This document shows, piece after piece, positions 17,259 to 25,115 of a stretch of 64,000 bases of DNA. The notes beneath the pieces are model-generated. The model had not been told where the DNA came from. It saw nothing but the letters and a program-made list of their open reading frames with translations, and did no database searches. This stretch comes from Escherichia coli (lineage in GTDB: Bacteria; Pseudomonadota; Gammaproteobacteria; Enterobacterales; Enterobacteriaceae), in NCBI RefSeq assembly GCF_003790525.1, contig NZ_CP033635.1; one strand, 5' to 3'. Made by a program: the position numbers and the translations under genes. Position 1 is the first letter of the stretch, and each line of letters begins with the position of its first letter.

Positions 17259-17335
17259 CCGCCACTAGCTCATCAGGAGAGAGCATCAGCCTTCTAAGCT
17301 GACTGTGCGGGGTTCGAGTCCCCGGTGGCGGTCCA
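17259..17335 (+). tRNA. tRNA-Arg (UCU)
   Basis: Perfect acceptor stem CCGCCAC/GTGGCGG, anticodon loop CTTCTAA, T arm CGGGG-TTCGAGT-CCCCG and an encoded CCA. Confidence 0.9.
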
Positions 17336-17337
17336 GC

Positions 17338-17410
17338 GCCGACTTACCTCAGTCGGCAGAACAGTTTAGTTGTAACCATCAGGCCACCACTTCAATTCCG
17401 GTAGTCGGCA
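17338..17410 (+). pseudogene. Decayed tRNA-Thr(UGU)-like sequence
   Basis: The acceptor stem GCCGACT/AGTCGGC is intact and the loop GTTGTAA is present. The D stem (CCTC/GAAC), anticodon stem (GTTTA/CCATC) and T stem (ACCAC/CCGGT) are largely unpaired, and there is no CCA. Confidence 0.5.
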
Positions 17411-17750
17411 CTAAATTTCCAGGCTCGTGCTCACGGCCTGCTTCATATCCGCGCCAGGTCCGTCGCGATTAAACCACAGGGCTTTTCAGGAGGGGCCACA
17501 GAGAGCGTCACACTGACCATTCCCTGTGGCTTGTGCTGAGATCCGGTCAGTGAAATTGTGCAAAGGGAATCTTCGGGAGCTTTGGGCAGAATGTCAGTTA
17601 TTGATGTTGACATCCTCCACACCCTGAAGGTCGGGGTTTTACGGCGCACTGGATAAAATACCTGAACAAACAGCCTCTTCGTGCGGCTTTTTTATAACGA
17701 GATTCTGACTTGCTGCCGTCCGTAATGTCGGATGGCGGAGGTGAGGGACT

Positions 17751-18023
17751 ATGAGAATGGACGAACGATACAGTAACGCTGCATACGGCAGCGCAGGACT
17801 TGTTGCGTTCTTTGCCAGCCTGTCACTGCAGGATTGGGGATTTATTATCGGCGTGGCGTTCAGTATCATTCTTGGTGTTCTTACTTATCGCCTTAACAAA
17901 CGGGAGCAGGAAAAACGAACCCGCATATTGCTCGAAATTCTGGAACGAACTAATGCCGGTAATGTTCCGGCTACGGCACATGCTGTGGCTGAGATTGCGA
18001 AAAAGGCACCAAAAGAAATATGA
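17751..18023 (+). CDS. Class II (two-TMD) holin, probable pinholin, with Met1-Arg2-Met3 dual-start motif
   Basis: 90 aa with two hydrophobic segments and a charged C-terminal tail. It is the first gene of the lysis cassette and follows GGAGGTGAGGG. Confidence 0.85.
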   Translation: MRMDERYSNAAYGSAGLVAFFASLSLQDWGFIIGVAFSIILGVLTYRLNKREQEKRTRILLEILERTNAGNVPATAHAVAEIAKKAPKEI

Positions 18024-18179
18024 CGAATATCCCGGGAGTGAGGGGATAATATACCTTTTAACAAAATCCGGGAACATGAAACGCCCGGAACGTTTCATGA
18101 GACATGCCCCGTGGGGAGCAGGGCATAACTGTGCGGAATAGCTTTCATTGTGATATCAATAATCACGGTATTCAAAATA

Positions 18180-18557
18180 TTACGGGCCTGTGGGATCAGG
18201 TTGTTTTTTGTCTGATTCCAGAGGGAAGGGACGCTGTTTCGGTTCTCTGAACTTTAGTGATAATGAATTGAAAATCCTCATTTTTTGCTGCCATGCATAA
18301 TGTCTGTCCCATGAACAGGGGGGGCTCAATTCTTCATTCACCCATGCGTTAATATCTTGTTTCAGGTGTTGAAGCATATGGGGTGTTAATGCACTCATAA
18401 TAATATCCAGCGTTTTATGCGAGAGTTTACCGTAAGGGTCTGCAAGGATGCTGCTCGTTGCTTCGTTATTATCCACCATAAGTGGAAGTAGCGCTGATTT
18501 AACTTTTTCTGTCATTAGTTGCAAAAATCTACTGCGCAAATTTTCTTTACTGTTCAT
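18180..18557 (-). CDS. Hypothetical protein encoded antisense between holin and endolysin (moron)
   Basis: 125-aa ORF on the opposite strand in an A/T-rich segment. It looks helical and has no recognised motif. Confidence 0.55.
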   Translation of the reverse strand: MNSKENLRSRFLQLMTEKVKSALLPLMVDNNEATSSILADPYGKLSHKTLDIIMSALTPHMLQHLKQDINAWVNEELSPPCSWDRHYAWQQKMRIFNSLSLKFREPKQRPFPLESDKKQPDPTGP

Positions 18558-18680
18558 TTCTGAAGCCTCATCTGTTGTCGTTTGGTTTTCCTGAACGGGT
18601 ATGTTTATGAGACATGCTGGTACTGGATTATATACCTGATATATCCAGGGCTATAAACCTTTAGATCCTGATAAATATAC

Positions 18681-19214
18681 ATGAACGCAAAAATCAGATA
18701 CGGCCTGTCGGCTGCCGTTCTGGCGCTGATTGGTGCTGGCGCATCTGCTCCTCAGATACTTGATCAGTTTCTGGACGAAAAAGAGGGTAACCACACAACG
18801 GCATACCGCGATGGTTCTGGCATATGGACCATCTGCCGCGGTGCCACGGTGGTGGATGGAAAACACGTTTTTCCCGGAATGAAGCTGTCGAAGGAAAAAT
18901 GCGCTCAGGTTAATGCCATTGAGCGTGATAAGGCGCTGGCATGGGTGGAGCGCAATATTAAAGTTCCACTGACCGAAGCACAGAAAGCGGGTATTGCGTC
19001 ATTCTGTCCCTATAACATTGGCCCCGGTAAGTGTTTCCCGTCGACGTTTTATAAGCGGCTTAATGCCGGTGATCGAAAAGGCGCCTGCGAGGCGATTCGC
19101 TGGTGGATAAAGGATGGTGGGCGCGATTGCCGCATACGTTCAAATAACTGCTATGGACAGGTTATTCGTCGTGACCAGGAAAGCGCATTAGCCTGTTGGG
19201 GGATAGATCAGTGA
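18681..19214 (+). CDS. SAR endolysin (GH24 lysozyme, P21 R type)
   Basis: The N-terminus is Gly/Ala-rich and weakly hydrophobic ([16 protein letters not shown]). The catalytic pattern is E-x8-D-x5-T ([16 protein letters not shown]). Confidence 0.92.
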   Translation: MNAKIRYGLSAAVLALIGAGASAPQILDQFLDEKEGNHTTAYRDGSGIWTICRGATVVDGKHVFPGMKLSKEKCAQVNAIERDKALAWVERNIKVPLTEAQKAGIASFCPYNIGPGKCFPSTFYKRLNAGDRKGACEAIRWWIKDGGRDCRIRSNNCYGQVIRRDQESALACWGIDQ

Positions 19215-19678
19215 GCAGAGTCGCCGCGATTATTTATGCTCTGGTTATCTGCATCATCGTCTGCCTGTCGTTGGCGGTCAATCATTACCGTGATAACGCC
19301 ATAGCCTACAAAGAACAGCGTGATAAAAAAGTCAGTGAACTGAAGCAGGCGACCGCCACCATTACTGACATGCAGCAGCGTCAGCGTGATGTTGCTGCGC
19401 TCGATGCAAAGTACTCGAGAGAATTAGCCAATGCGAAAGCTGAAAATGAAACTCTGCGCGCTGATGTTGCCGCTGGCCGTAAGCGCCTGCGGGTCAATGC
19501 CAGTTGCTCCGAAGCCGTGCGTGAAGCCACCGGACCCACCAGCGTGGATAATGCAACCAGCCCCCGACTGGCAGACACCGCTGAACGGGATTATTTCACC
19601 CTCAGAGAACGGTTGATGACGATGCAGAAGCAACTGGAAGGGGCACAGGAGTATATCCGCACTCAGTGCATTAAGTAG
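19211..19678 (+). CDS. Rz-like i-spanin
   Basis: The GTG start overlaps the endolysin stop (GTGA). It has an N-terminal TMD, then coiled-coil sequence, and contains the embedded Rz1 frame. Confidence 0.85.
   Translation: MSRVAAIIYALVICIIVCLSLAVNHYRDNAIAYKEQRDKKVSELKQATATITDMQQRQRDVAALDAKYSRELANAKAENETLRADVAAGRKRLRVNASCSEAVREATGPTSVDNATSPRLADTAERDYFTLRERLMTMQKQLEGAQEYIRTQCIK
19431..19616 (+). CDS. Rz1-like o-spanin lipoprotein (embedded in Rz, +1 frame)
   Basis: Lipobox LAVSAC followed by a Pro-rich mature peptide. It lies entirely within the Rz gene. Confidence 0.8.
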   Translation: MRKLKMKLCALMLPLAVSACGSMPVAPKPCVKPPDPPAWIMQPAPDWQTPLNGIISPSENG

Positions 19679-19701
19679 CCTTTTTGTTATCAGGAGAATG
19701 T

Positions 19702-19971
19702 ATGAAGAAATTACTGGTAACCGCAAAGCTCTTTAATGGAAGAATCCCGTTCCGGATTTTACAGCGTGGTCGTGTTCTGGCTGAAGGTACATTCAGTGGT
19801 AAATGCACGGAATGTTATTCACGAATATATGAAGTGGATGCCACGGATGAAGATATAATCGTTGAGTGTAATGCCGGGATTGTATCGGCCACATTGCTTC
19901 ATGGGCGAATTGAGTTGTCGCTGGAGGATGCGGCAAATGAATTACCAACTGGCAAAACTTTATCGCGGTAA
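19702..19971 (+). CDS. Hypothetical protein (89 aa)
   Basis: ATG preceded by AGGAG. It lies directly after Rz, and its 3' end overlaps the next ORF by 35 nt. Confidence 0.5.
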   Translation: MKKLLVTAKLFNGRIPFRILQRGRVLAEGTFSGKCTECYSRIYEVDATDEDIIVECNAGIVSATLLHGRIELSLEDAANELPTGKTLSR

Positions 19972-20137
19972 ACATTTCGCAGGGTATGGGATTGCAGTTA
20001 ATGGTGAGTTACTGGAGGGGCAGCTTTCCGCCAGGACAGAGTCACGCGGAGGCGAGCCACCAACAGTCACTGTGACTTTCAGACTGACAGCAGAACATAT
20101 CGAGAATCAGCCCGTCATTCAACTGAACAGGGTGTGA
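19937..20137 (+). CDS. Hypothetical protein (66 aa)
   Basis: ATG 9 nt after GGAGG (19923-19927), located inside the preceding ORF. Confidence 0.45.
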   Translation: MNYQLAKLYRGKHFAGYGIAVNGELLEGQLSARTESRGGEPPTVTVTFRLTAEHIENQPVIQLNRV

Positions 20138-20144
20138 GGTATTT

Positions 20145-20333
20145 ATGCCATCACGAATCCCACGTGCCTGCCGTAAGCGTGGATGCGCAGGTACAATCAC
20201 AGACAGTTCTGGTTACTGCGATAAACATCGTGTGCGACCGTGGTTGCTCGGTATCTTTGTCTCTCTTGGTAACTTATTTGTTCGAACCGGTTTACAACTT
20301 ACAGGATATAAACATGCAAGAAGAAGCAAATAA
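20145..20333 (+). pseudogene. N-terminal remnant of a phage HNH endonuclease
   Basis: MPSRIPRACRKRGCAGTITDSSGYCDKHR matches the characteristic N-terminus of HK97-type packaging-associated HNH endonucleases. The rest of the 62-aa ORF is unrelated and no HNH core is present. Confidence 0.45.
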
Positions 20334-20763
20334 AATTCTTGTTGATTTATTGACGAAGGCCAGCGATGGAATTGATTCCGCCATTGCATTCAGTCAGGCT
20401 CAGATTCCGGATGTTGTTCATCAGTTGCTGGTATGGAATATGGTTGATAGCCTGATTAAAACATTAATAGCCATTTCAACAATCCCTCTGGTTTTCTGGT
20501 TTATGAAGAAGCAGTGCCAAAGAGTTGAGACAGGTAAAATCGGTGATGAAGGATATTCATGGGAGAAGGGAAATCCCAAATACAGGCCGACAATGGTTTG
20601 GGATAGCAAAGGTGATATTAATCTTCTTATCGTGCCATTGGTTGGAGTTTTGACTATGTGGGGGATTTTTATTATTTGTGCAGTAACCAATATGACATGG
20701 TTAAAAATCTGGCTGGCACCTAAGTTATATCTAATCGAATACGCAGCATCACTAATTAAATAG
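20314..20763 (+). CDS. Hypothetical membrane protein (149 aa)
   Basis: Starts at MQEEANK and has two or three hydrophobic segments. It lies in A/T-rich DNA. Confidence 0.55.
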   Translation: MQEEANKILVDLLTKASDGIDSAIAFSQAQIPDVVHQLLVWNMVDSLIKTLIAISTIPLVFWFMKKQCQRVETGKIGDEGYSWEKGNPKYRPTMVWDSKGDINLLIVPLVGVLTMWGIFIICAVTNMTWLKIWLAPKLYLIEYAASLIK

Positions 20764-21194
20764 TCCATTACAAAAGCCATTCGCTACAGAGTGGCTTTGA
20801 TAATGGCTTATACCCTGTACGGGATAACTTAATTGATATCCCTTTTAACGGATAAAGGTATTCAAGCCTGACACATCATTCGCTATATAGTCGCCGTATT
20901 CCCGTATGAACAGAAACCGTAGCCCGACGGGGAACTCCTTCTGCGCGAGTGTGCGGGAATAATCAAAAACGATGTACACCGGGTTTTTACCGCGTTAATG
21001 ATTCGCGGGTTTATCCCTCATAGTCGCCTGTCCGGTGCGATGGTGGAAGAAACCGGAAGCTGTATTACAGAAAGTGCTACTACTGTATCCTGATGCGATG
21101 TATGTAATGTGAGTCAGATAATGGCACAGGATGTGGTGATGTGGCAGTCTGGAACACAGGATATATTGTCAGAATAAGACCCGTAGGAATAAAA

Positions 21195-21521
21195 ATGAAA
21201 AGACGCCTTTCACTACTTTTTCTGTTATCTGCCCTGGCAGTGGGATGCTCGCAGCAAAAAGCTGATGAGCCCCGGCAATTAGTGACGGTGTATCCACGAT
21301 ATCCGGAATATGCTGCAGCAAATTATATCAAGGGGCTGGTTGAGGTTAAGTTCGATATTGGTGCTGACGGGACTGTGACACGGATCGTTTTTCTCCGCTC
21401 AGAGCCTCATAATTTGTTTCGTGATGAAGTGGTGAAGGCCATGGCGAAATGGAGATTTGAAAAGAATAGTCCCCGTCAGGGAGTGAAGAGACAATTTATC
21501 TTTACGCCATCACGTCCCTGA
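21195..21521 (+). CDS. Lipoprotein consisting of a TonB C-terminal-type domain
   Basis: Lipobox LAVGC. The mature part, YPRYPEYAAANYIKGLVEVKFDIGADGTVTRIVFLRSEPHNLFRDEVVKAMAKWRF, fits the TonB_C pattern. Confidence 0.75.
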   Translation: MKRRLSLLFLLSALAVGCSQQKADEPRQLVTVYPRYPEYAAANYIKGLVEVKFDIGADGTVTRIVFLRSEPHNLFRDEVVKAMAKWRFEKNSPRQGVKRQFIFTPSRP

Positions 21522-21885
21522 TGCTTCCAGGTAGAGAGGGGCTGGAAGCAGGAGAAAAATGAAAGAGCCAGCGGTTATATTTTTGTCATGGCTGACGAGA
21601 AATGATGGAAGAAGGCGTTGTATGCCACACAACGCCTCACTGTTCATTTCTTCTTTTTCTCTGGTGTAACCCGATGAATAAGAGTTGCACTGGTTTCCGG
21701 TGAGATGGCGATATGCTCGGGCAAAGTATGCTGGCAGTTTTCCAACTGGTCAAAAATATCTGCTCTCGTCTGTTGCAATGCCTGCAGCATGCGGCGGCAA
21801 TGCGCCTTTGCTTTTGCTAACCATCTTTCCTTCCTCTATCAGTCGCTGCGTGAACTCATCATGGAATACCAGGTAAATGCGGATG

Positions 21886-22137
21886 TTATCGGTTTTGGCT
21901 ACGCAGCATAGTACAAAACGGACAGGTGCATCCCGGAATGGGGGAGGCGTCACATGTCCCTGTGATGGTTGTTCCGGGTAATGCACTGTGTGGGGCATAA
22001 AAATGTCCGATAATTTTACTTTCTACCGCAGTTAGTTGATTCGTTGGTCCTGGTAGCACATTGGGCGAGGGTTTAAATGCCAGGCAACTGAAGGATGATG
22101 TTGCAAGGGAGATAGCGAGAATATTTCTGATTTTCAT
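21886..22137 (-). CDS. Small secreted Cys-rich protein (83 aa)
   Basis: Starts at MKIRNILAISLATSSFSCLA (signal-peptide-like). The C-terminus is TGTCDASPIPGCTCPFCTML. It overlaps another minus-strand ORF, so the coding assignment is uncertain. Confidence 0.45.
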   Translation of the reverse strand: MKIRNILAISLATSSFSCLAFKPSPNVLPGPTNQLTAVESKIIGHFYAPHSALPGTTITGTCDASPIPGCTCPFCTMLRSQNR

Positions 22138-22261
22138 TTGATGATGCCTCTGTGTGAAATGACGGTAAACGACGCACTTGTGCCGGCACATAATAGCAAG
22201 CATCAGAATAGATCAGATTCGATTCTTGCTGTAAGTGATAATTATTCTCGTTTTTTCGGGT

Positions 22262-22476
22262 CCTTTCCGGCGATCCAACAGGTTACGGGGCGTCGACCTC
22301 GCGGGTTTTCGCTATTTATGAAAATTTTCCGGTTTAAGGCATTTCCGTTCTTCTTCGTCGTAACTTAATGTTTTTATTTAAAATACCCCCTGAAAAGAAA
22401 GGAAACGACAGGTGCTGAAAACGAGCTTTTGGGCCTCTGTCGTTTCCTTTCTCTGTTTTTGGCCGTGGAATGAACA
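22262..22476 (+). other. cos: Lambda-type cos site (cosQ-cosN-cosB)
   Basis: Near-identity to the remembered lambda termini: ...GGTCCTTTCCGGCGATCC.ACAGGTTACG / GGGCGTCGACCTCGCGGGTTTTCGCTATTTATGAAAATTTTCCGG... The cosN 12-mer is at 22288-22299. Confidence 0.85.
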
Positions 22477-23025
22477 ATGGAAGTCAACAAAAAGCAGCTG
22501 GCTGACATTTTCGGTGCGAGTATCCGTACCATTCAGAACTGGCAGGAGCAGGGAATGCCCGTTCTGCGAGGCGGTGGGAAGGGTAATGAGGTGCTTTATG
22601 ACTCTGCCGCCGTCATAAAATGGTATGCCGAAAGGGATGCTGAAATTGAGAACGAAAAGCTGCGCCGGGAGGTTGAAGAACTGCGGCAGGCCAGCGAGAC
22701 AGATCTGCAGCCCGGTACGATTGATTACGAACGCTACCGTCTCACAAAAGCACAGGCAGATGCGCAGGAACTGAAAAATGCTCGTGAAGAAGGGCTGGTT
22801 CTTGAAACGGAATTATTTACCTACATTTTTCAGCGAGTTGCGCAGAATATATCCGGGATCCTTGTTCGTGTTCCGCAGACACTGCAGCGTAAATACCCTG
22901 ATATATCACCAGCACATCTTGATGCTGTGAAAACTGAAATCGCGAAAGCATCCGATGTGGCTTCTGAATCAGGTGAGAATGTGTGGAGGTGGATTGATGA
23001 TTTCAGACGAGCTGAGGGCGGCTAA
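22477..23025 (+). CDS. nu1: Terminase small subunit Nu1
   Basis: The first ~90 aa are essentially identical to lambda Nu1 ([74 protein letters not shown]). Confidence 0.95.
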   Translation: MEVNKKQLADIFGASIRTIQNWQEQGMPVLRGGGKGNEVLYDSAAVIKWYAERDAEIENEKLRREVEELRQASETDLQPGTIDYERYRLTKAQADAQELKNAREEGLVLETELFTYIFQRVAQNISGILVRVPQTLQRKYPDISPAHLDAVKTEIAKASDVASESGENVWRWIDDFRRAEGG

Positions 23026-24925
23026 CTCTACAGGAGCGATAACGACTGGTCTCCTTGCGCTAAAAATTCCTGTACCCCTGACGACAGTTCAGTGGGCAGA
23101 TCAACATTATTACCTGCCGAAAGAGTCGTCTTACACACCAGGGCGGTGGGAAACATTGCCGTTTCAGGTTGCCATAATGAACAGTATGGGTAATGACCTG
23201 ATCCGCACTGTTAATCTGATTAAATCTGCCCGTGTTGGTTATACAAAAATGCTGTTGGGAGTGGAGGCTTATTTTATTGAGCATAAATCCCGCAACAGTC
23301 TGCTTTTTCAGCCCACGGACTCAGCTGCTGAAGATTTTATGAAATCTCATGTTGAGCCAACGATAAGGGATGTTCCTGCATTGCTGGAGCTGGCTCCATG
23401 GTTCGGAAGAAAACACCGCGATAATACGCTCACCCTGAAGCGTTTTTCCTCCGGTGTGGGGTTCTGGTGTCTGGGTGGTGCGGCAGCAAAAAACTACCGT
23501 GAAAAATCCGTGGATGTGGTCTGTTATGACGAGCTTTCCTCGTTCGAACCGGATGTTGAAAAAGAGGGCTCGCCAACCCTGCTGGGGGATAAGCGTATTG
23601 AGGGCTCTGTATGGCCAAAATCCATTCGCGGCTCGACGCCTAAAATCAAAGGCTCCTGCCAGATCGAAAAAGCCGCTAACGAGTCGGCACATTTCATGCG
23701 TTTTTATGTGCCCTGCCCGCACTGTGGGGAGGAGCAGTATCTGAAATTTGGCGATGAATCCACGCCTTTTGGCCTTAAATGGGAGAAGGAAAGCCCCGAA
23801 AGCGTTTTCTACCTTTGTGAGCATCATGGCTGTGTGATCCATCAGTCTGAGCTTGACCAGAGTAACGGGCGGTGGATCTGTGAAAACACGGGCATGTGGA
23901 CCCGTGACGGCCTGATGTTTTTCAGCGCCCGGGGTGATGAAATTCCGCCGCCGCGCTCCATCACTTTCCATATCTGGACGGCGTACAGTCCGTTCACCAC
24001 CTGGGTACAGATTGTCTATGACTGGCTGGATGCACTGAAAGATCCCAACGGCCTGAAAACCTTTGTGAACACCACGCTGGGCGAGACCTGGGAAGAGGCC
24101 GTGGGCGAAAAACTCGATCACCAGGTACTGATGGATAAGGTTGTGCGTTACACGGCGGCGGTGCCTGCCCGGGTGGTTTATCTGACGGCGGGCATTGACT
24201 CGCAGCGAAACCGTTTTGAGATGTATGTCTGGGGATGGGCTCCGGGAGAGGAAGCCTTTCTGGTGGATAAAATCATTATTATGGGGCGTCCCGATGAGGA
24301 AGAGACACTGTTACGTGTGGATGCAGCGATCAACAAAAAATACTGCCATGCAGACGGAACCGAAATGACCATTTCCCGTGTCTGCTGGGACATCGGGGGG
24401 ATCGATGGCGAAATCGTTTATCAGAGGTCAAAAAAACACGGTGTTTTCCGGGTGCTGCCGGTAAAAGGCGCATCTGTCTATGGCAAGCCGGTGATCACCA
24501 TGCCAAAAACCCGCAATCAGCGGGGCGTGTATCTGTGTGAAGTGGGCACGGACACCGCAAAAGAAATTCTCTATGCCCGTATGAAAGCCGCTCCCACGCC
24601 TGCGGATGAATCCACGTCGTATGCCATCCGTTTTCCTGATGATCCGGAGATTTTTTCGCAGACAGAGGCGCAGCAACTGGTCGCGGAAGAGCTTGTGGAG
24701 AAGTGGGAAAAAGGAAAGATGCGTCTGCTGTGGGATAACAAAAAGCGGCGTAACGAAGCGCTGGACTGCCTGGTGTATGCCTACGCGGCATTACGTGTGT
24801 CCGTGCAACGCTGGCAGCTTGATCTGGCTGTACTGGCAAAATCCCGGGAAGAAGAGACGACCCGGCCAACCCTTAAAGAACTGGCAGCGAAGCTGTCCGG
24901 AGGAGTGAATGGTTACAGTCGCTGA
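22997..24925 (+). CDS. A: Terminase large subunit gpA
   Basis: 642 aa from [10 protein letters not shown] (GGAGGTGG upstream). It is collinear with lambda gpA ([42 protein letters not shown]). Confidence 0.95.
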   Translation: MISDELRAANSTGAITTGLLALKIPVPLTTVQWADQHYYLPKESSYTPGRWETLPFQVAIMNSMGNDLIRTVNLIKSARVGYTKMLLGVEAYFIEHKSRNSLLFQPTDSAAEDFMKSHVEPTIRDVPALLELAPWFGRKHRDNTLTLKRFSSGVGFWCLGGAAAKNYREKSVDVVCYDELSSFEPDVEKEGSPTLLGDKRIEGSVWPKSIRGSTPKIKGSCQIEKAANESAHFMRFYVPCPHCGEEQYLKFGDESTPFGLKWEKESPESVFYLCEHHGCVIHQSELDQSNGRWICENTGMWTRDGLMFFSARGDEIPPPRSITFHIWTAYSPFTTWVQIVYDWLDALKDPNGLKTFVNTTLGETWEEAVGEKLDHQVLMDKVVRYTAAVPARVVYLTAGIDSQRNRFEMYVWGWAPGEEAFLVDKIIIMGRPDEEETLLRVDAAINKKYCHADGTEMTISRVCWDIGGIDGEIVYQRSKKHGVFRVLPVKGASVYGKPVITMPKTRNQRGVYLCEVGTDTAKEILYARMKAAPTPADESTSYAIRFPDDPEIFSQTEAQQLVAEELVEKWEKGKMRLLWDNKKRRNEALDCLVYAYAALRVSVQRWQLDLAVLAKSREEETTRPTLKELAAKLSGGVNGYSR

Positions 24926-25115
24926 ACTGCAGGCGCTGCGTCAGGCGCGCCTTGATTTATTAACCGGTAAACGGGTGGTGTCTGTCCAGAAAGATGGTCG
25001 CAGAATTGAATATACGGCGGCTTCTCTGGATGAGCTTAACCGGGCGATCAATGATGCGGAGTCGGTACTGGGGACAACCCGACGTCGCCGTCGTCCGCTG
25101 GGAGTGAGGTTATGA
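24909..25115 (+). CDS. W: Head-tail connector protein gpW
   Basis: 68 aa. LLTGKRVVSVQKDGRRIEYTAASL matches lambda W. Confidence 0.9.
   Translation: MVTVAELQALRQARLDLLTGKRVVSVQKDGRRIEYTAASLDELNRAINDAESVLGTTRRRRRPLGVRL

Noticed and set aside
17338-17410. Reading the third tRNA-like sequence with a UUA anticodon (possible ochre suppressor) via an alternative 3-bp anticodon stem.
   Set aside because: It requires a 3-bp stem and ignores the better alignment to tRNA-Thr(UGU). The D, anticodon and T stems are all broken, so a functional suppressor is not supportable.
17443-17649. 68-aa minus-strand ORF between the tRNA cluster and the holin.
   Set aside because: The GGAGG abuts the internal ATG with no spacing, there are no motifs, and the region is more likely a late-operon leader.
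20800-21140. Non-coding-looking stretch after the 149-aa membrane gene, with short ORFs (for example MIRGFIPHSRLSGAMVEETGSCITESATTVS).
   Set aside because: It contains only fragments under 35 codons without start signals. It is probably degraded remnant DNA, and nothing specific can be supported.
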